From a plasmid: 64,000 nt of DNA. Below are positions 59,801 to 64,000 of the stretch, piece by piece; positions within the stretch are counted from its first letter, which is position 1, and every line of letters starts with the position of its first letter. Position numbers and translations under genes: made by a program. The notes below the pieces were generated by a model. It was not told the origin of the DNA, did not search any database, and worked only from the letters and a program-made list of their open reading frames with translations. The DNA lies in the sequence record NZ_CP069398.1; one strand, 5' to 3'.

Positions 59801-60034
59801 CTTGGATATTTCTCCCTTTTTATTTAATTATATTACATCTGTTGGTATATTACTGATGCATTATTCTAATTAAACTCGTAATCGTTGGTTGTTAAATTCC
59901 TTCCTGGAATTTCGATTATGATAAATAGAATTGAATAACATATGCAACATTAAAATTCATTATTCAGGAGATTTATATAACATATACTGTAAAATATAGA
60001 GTGGAGAAGAATATGAAACTTCGAAAGGAGATTT

Positions 60035-60742
60035 ATGAATAATTTAAATGTGTTCTTTGCTTTTGGTGCTGGTTTTTTATCTTTTATTTCACCATGTTGT
60101 TTGCCTCTTTACCCAGCTTTTTTGTCTTATTTAACAGGCATATCAGTTGATGAACTAAAACATGAAAATAAAATGTTAAATCGTCGTGCCATCTTACATA
60201 CGCTCTTTTTTATTGCAGGTTTTTCAATTATTTTTTTAGTTTTAGGCTTATCTACTACAATTATTGGTGTGCTATTCAAAGAATATGAAGTTTTAGTACG
60301 GCAATTAGGAGCAATTTTGGTTATATTCTTTGGACTAGTAGTGACTGGAATATTCCAACCTAAATTTCTAATGAGAGACAAAAAAATTGTATTTAAAAAT
60401 CGCCCAGCAGGTTATGTAGGCTCTTTGTTCATTGGTATAGCTTATGCAGCTGGATGGACTCCTTGTGTGGGGCCTATTCTTGGTGCAGTCATGAGCTTAG
60501 GTCTTTATACAGGCGAAGGTTTTATCTATATGATTGCATACATACTTGGCTTTTCAATACCTTTTTTTATCTTATCTTTTTTTATAGGAAAATCTACTTG
60601 GATCAAAAAATATAGTCAAAAGATGATGGTGATCAGTGGATATATTATGATTCTTATGGGTTTTGTTCTGTACTTTGATTGGATGACAAAGATTACTTCT
60701 TATCTGACTACATACGTATTTAAAGGCTTCCAAGGTTTTTAA
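60035..60742 (+). CDS. ccdA: Cytochrome c-type biogenesis / thiol-disulfide transporter CcdA (DsbD core)
   Basis: Conserved FISPCCLPLYP motif. Six TM helices. 235 aa. Confidence 0.8.
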   Translation: MNNLNVFFAFGAGFLSFISPCCLPLYPAFLSYLTGISVDELKHENKMLNRRAILHTLFFIAGFSIIFLVLGLSTTIIGVLFKEYEVLVRQLGAILVIFFGLVVTGIFQPKFLMRDKKIVFKNRPAGYVGSLFIGIAYAAGWTPCVGPILGAVMSLGLYTGEGFIYMIAYILGFSIPFFILSFFIGKSTWIKKYSQKMMVISGYIMILMGFVLYFDWMTKITSYLTTYVFKGFQGF

Positions 60743-61098
60743 ACGATGGTATAAATACTTATAGCTATAACTGTTTGAACGACTGAAATCATACTTAATT
60801 GCATAATTGAGCTCTTTCGTTTCGTAATGTATGTATCGTATAAGATATTTACAATAAAGAAGCAGATAAGACCAAGAACCGTTTCAATTATGAACATATT
60901 TATCCCCCTCAGCTTAGCAAATAAAATTAAGATGGTTCTCTTTGATTTTACCATATTTAGGGTTTTATAGTTTGAAGAAAAAAACATTCTGTGAACTAAG
61001 GTTATATATGACATTCATGGTGAAAAAGCTCAATTATTTGATAAAATGGAAATATATTGATTTTAAAAGTAGGATAATGAATAGAGAGGAACATATCA

Positions 61099-61395
61099 AT
61101 GCTTGGGGATACTCTTACACTTTTTAGACCGGTTTATTATTTAATAACGCTTCTTTTAGTATGTAACTTCGTGTATGTAGTTTTTTTAAACAATAAAATT
61201 AAAGCAACTAGCTATATATTATTCAATTCTTTATTCTTTGTAATAATTGCAGTAACTTTATTGTTTCAAGAAGGGATAATTGTCGATGAAACAAACCTAG
61301 CAGGAGATCCATTAACTTTTGATTTAACGATATTTTTTTGGGTTTTACTTATAGCTAGTTTCATTTTTAGAAATAGAAAGAAGAGAAAAGCTTAA
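61099..61395 (+). CDS. Small membrane protein
   Basis: 98 aa with 3 TM helices. Confidence 0.3.
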   Translation: MLGDTLTLFRPVYYLITLLLVCNFVYVVFLNNKIKATSYILFNSLFFVIIAVTLLFQEGIIVDETNLAGDPLTFDLTIFFWVLLIASFIFRNRKKRKA

Positions 61396-61497
61396 AATTT
61401 CTTCTTCTTTCTATTGTTCCTGATAATACATTTTATATTAACTGACAGATAAATAAACGGTATAATTAACCATATATTTAGTTCTTGGAGGACCAAA

Positions 61498-61767
61498 TTG
61501 AAGAAACGTTTTAGTCAATACTCTTTGTGGTTATCGTTGCTTGGAATTGTTATTGGAGTGGGACAATATTTCACCTCAATATATAGCTCAAATATTCTTT
61601 ATATAGGAGTCATTGTTTATCTTACCGGCTTTACATGTGGAGTAATAGCTTTTGGAAAAAACGAGAGAGGGCTAATGAAATACTTTGGTCTGACCTCTTT
61701 TGTCGTAATCCCACTACTTATTATGTTAGGTCTGCTATTTTTCGCAATGAATTTTGGTGAAAGTTAA
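61498..61767 (+). CDS. Small membrane protein
   Basis: 89 aa with 3 TM helices. Confidence 0.3.
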   Translation: MKKRFSQYSLWLSLLGIVIGVGQYFTSIYSSNILYIGVIVYLTGFTCGVIAFGKNERGLMKYFGLTSFVVIPLLIMLGLLFFAMNFGES

Positions 61768-61796
61768 AATAAGCGAGCATAGAATGCTCGCTTATT
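61768..61796. terminator. Bidirectional terminator hairpin between convergent genes
   Basis: aataagcgagcat-aga-atgctcgcttatt. Confidence 0.6.
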
Positions 61797-61804
61797 CGGT
61801 CTGC

Positions 61805-62317
61805 TTAATCAGCACATTTGTCCCAATTAAAAGGCTTCTGTTCAAGCTTATCTGCTTTTTTTTCATCCACTGTCATAACAACCCAGATGTTCCCCATTTT
61901 ATTTAATACTTTCAATACGTTACTTCCGTCAACTCTCTTATAAAGGAAATATCCTTTTGTTCCTTCTAAGCCATTCTCCAAAAATAATCTCATTGATCCA
62001 ATGCTACCTCCGACAAATAAGTGTTGCAATGAGATCTGATCAGAGTGGTCATTCATGCTATCTCCTACTTTTAAATCTAATTCTCTGTTTGTAAACTCCT
62101 GAAACCCAGATAAATTTAAGCTATAACTTTTAACGATATCTTTTAGCACCCTAGCATCAAGCTTTTTACGATACTTTTCAAACTCCTCGCTACAAGCTTT
62201 CTCAGGTCGATTTCTTTCTTCTGTTGAATTGGCAAATGCAGTTCCGTAATTTATTCCATAAGCGAAGATACCAATTATCAGCAGTAAAAGAGCTGCCCTT
62301 TTATTCATATATCTCAC
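61805..62317 (-). CDS. Secreted hypothetical protein
   Basis: Signal peptide. 170 aa. Confidence 0.4.
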   Translation of the reverse strand: MRYMNKRAALLLLIIGIFAYGINYGTAFANSTEERNRPEKACSEEFEKYRKKLDARVLKDIVKSYSLNLSGFQEFTNRELDLKVGDSMNDHSDQISLQHLFVGGSIGSMRLFLENGLEGTKGYFLYKRVDGSNVLKVLNKMGNIWVVMTVDEKKADKLEQKPFNWDKCAD

Positions 62318-62465
62318 CCTATATTCATATTTTGTTGTATTTTTGCCCAGTTAGGTTGTGACTATTCTTCAGGTTTCCTGAAGTAAATGCTGCTTTGATT
62401 CCACCATAATCATAATAAATGTGTATTCAATAGGGGATAGTAACTAAAAAATGTGAGGAAATAAC

Positions 62466-62918
62466 ATGAAAAAACTTACTTTAGTTATAGTCTTGTCGTT
62501 TGTAGTACTTGCTTATCCAAATCAAACCAATGCCAGTAAAATGCCTTGTAGTTTGATATTAGAACCTGTAGACAAACATTTAAAAAATGCAAAAGGAACA
62601 GCTCTAATTTACAAAGTACAATTGAACCCACCCAGTTTTGCTCGAACAAACATTAGTATTATGGCTGTTCATCTTCCTCACCCTTCAACTTATGGTGGAT
62701 ATGATCAATATGAAGGGTTTGCAACCATTCCAGGTTACATTAGTTGGCGTTTTAAATTATATTCTACACCTGAAGAAGATGACGTTACGTGGGCTGGGAA
62801 GTTTGATTGGATTACAGAAGAGATGAAAAACGTCAAGATACAGGTGCGCCCTTCAAATTCTAAAACAGAAAAATTAGGATCACCAGTCCTACAAGGTACC
62901 CTTTCATCTTGTAATTGA
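62466..62918 (+). CDS. Secreted hypothetical protein
   Basis: Signal peptide MKKLTLVIVLSFVVLAYPNQTNA. Confidence 0.4.
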   Translation: MKKLTLVIVLSFVVLAYPNQTNASKMPCSLILEPVDKHLKNAKGTALIYKVQLNPPSFARTNISIMAVHLPHPSTYGGYDQYEGFATIPGYISWRFKLYSTPEEDDVTWAGKFDWITEEMKNVKIQVRPSNSKTEKLGSPVLQGTLSSCN

Positions 62919-62991
62919 GCTAAATATCTCACTACTTGAAACTAATCGTTTAGTTTAATACATGCTCATTCAATATTTCTAAACTAGTGTT

Positions 62992-63573
62992 ATGGAGGTG
63001 ATTAAAATGGAGAAAAAGATATACATTTGTTTATTTCTTGTTCTTGTAGGACTTGACTTTACATACAGTGAAAAGGCATTAGCTACCTTAGATAAGCCAG
63101 AACCGTATGAAGAAAGTTATCCGAAAATCGGTTATCAATCAGTAGATAATGCGTTATTGGCATTTGAGCGTCACTTTAAGAAAGACGTAATACTCCCCCT
63201 TAGAGTTCCATCTATTCCCTTTACTCATTGCTTTGGGCGCTTTAGTGATTTGCAAGGTACGATTAATGACTCATTTGATTTAGAATGTGTTCATGATCAA
63301 ATTCCAGAAAATCATTATACAATTGAAGTTAGGCCTAGTAAGCATAAAATACAGTTTACGAATAAGCATATAAAAAAATCTTACATTCTTCCAGATGGAC
63401 AATCTGCCCATTATATAGAAAATTCAGGGTCCGAGATACTTGTTTTTGAAAAAGCTAATTGGCAGTATATGATTAGTATTGATAAAAGAGTCTCAAAACA
63501 AGTCTCTATCGAATCTCTTATTAAAATAGCTAATTCAATTGATTATTCAACCAAGAAGAAGAAATTACTATAG
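62992..63573 (+). CDS. Secreted hypothetical protein
   Basis: Signal peptide. 193 aa. Confidence 0.4.
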   Translation: MEVIKMEKKIYICLFLVLVGLDFTYSEKALATLDKPEPYEESYPKIGYQSVDNALLAFERHFKKDVILPLRVPSIPFTHCFGRFSDLQGTINDSFDLECVHDQIPENHYTIEVRPSKHKIQFTNKHIKKSYILPDGQSAHYIENSGSEILVFEKANWQYMISIDKRVSKQVSIESLIKIANSIDYSTKKKKLL

Positions 63574-64000
63574 TGATGGGACTTTTTCGACTCAATGATT
63601 AGTAAAAAAGAAACCTTTGCCATATAGGCAAAGGTTTTTCAAATTTATTGGAATAGGGGGGAATACATTATTAGTCTGGCCAGATTTATAGATTCATATA
63701 CATATATTCTTAAAAATAAATATTTCGATTGAATCTGTTATTAGAAAATAACTTTATTTAAGTTATGTCGTTATTTAAGTAAATGCTAATTTATTTAATA
63801 TATTATTAATGTTTTACTATTTACACTTAATGACGACAAATACGCTGTTTTTCTACAAGGCGTGTAAATGGTATCACTATTTTTAATAAAGTATGTTTTG
63901 ATTTACTTAACAATATAGTGGAAAGTGAAACTAAACATAATCGACTTTGTATAAATTAGATTTTTATATCGTATTCATATGATCCTTTAAAACTTATTCA

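Overview
This is a low-GC, Bacillus cereus-group-like accessory region, possibly plasmid-derived, with four layers of mobile DNA.

(1) Positions 4169..17299 are a 13.1-kb Tn3-family transposon with 42-bp terminal inverted repeats and a perfect 5-bp target-site duplication (AAGTA). Its right arm carries tnpR (serine resolvase), a res site and tnpA. Its cargo is unusual: hxlR, hxlA, hxlB, pgi, zwf and a short-form 6-phosphogluconate dehydrogenase, together with a frameshifted Gfo/Idh/MocA oxidoreductase gene. The first five enzymes make up a complete cyclic (dissimilatory) RuMP route that oxidises formaldehyde to CO2.

(2) The transposon has inserted after codon 4 of a TlpA-like thioredoxin gene. 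That gene is the last in a minus-strand operon: a 60-aa six-cysteine peptide, a TlpA-like thioredoxin (CSSC), an ABC exporter, a MauE/DoxX-like membrane protein and the second thioredoxin (CNMC). This looks like a candidate disulfide-rich secreted peptide or bacteriocin-like locus.

(3) An IS1380/IS4-superfamily IS element lies at roughly 22076..23637.

(4) A plasmid/ICE-like backbone occupies about 24.5..47.4 kb. It carries an FtsK/SpoIIIE-like gene with a replication-relaxation partner, and a pIP501/pCF10-type Gram-positive T4SS operon (VirD4-like coupling protein, VirB4, a CwlT-like SLT+NlpC/P60 hydrolase and several membrane proteins). Also present are a DnaD-domain Rep with iterons inside its own gene, a MobA/MobL (MOBQ) relaxase, and regulators (XRE, RHH, MerR-like).

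Two diverged abrB paralogs with conserved 3'-UTR structure bracket the first 47 kb.

Downstream there are two copies of one group II intron (A). Copy 1 (48980..53966) is itself interrupted, inside its IEP ORF, by a different group II intron (B, 50164..52795), making a twintron. The IEP of intron B is inactivated by a 20-bp tandem duplication. Copy 2 of intron A (56051..58405) is intact and sits just after a terminator.

The window ends with housekeeping and secreted or membrane proteins (creatininase-family, cytidine deaminase-like, P-loop kinase, signal peptidase I, lipoprotein, CcdA). No rRNA, tRNA or CRISPR arrays were seen.
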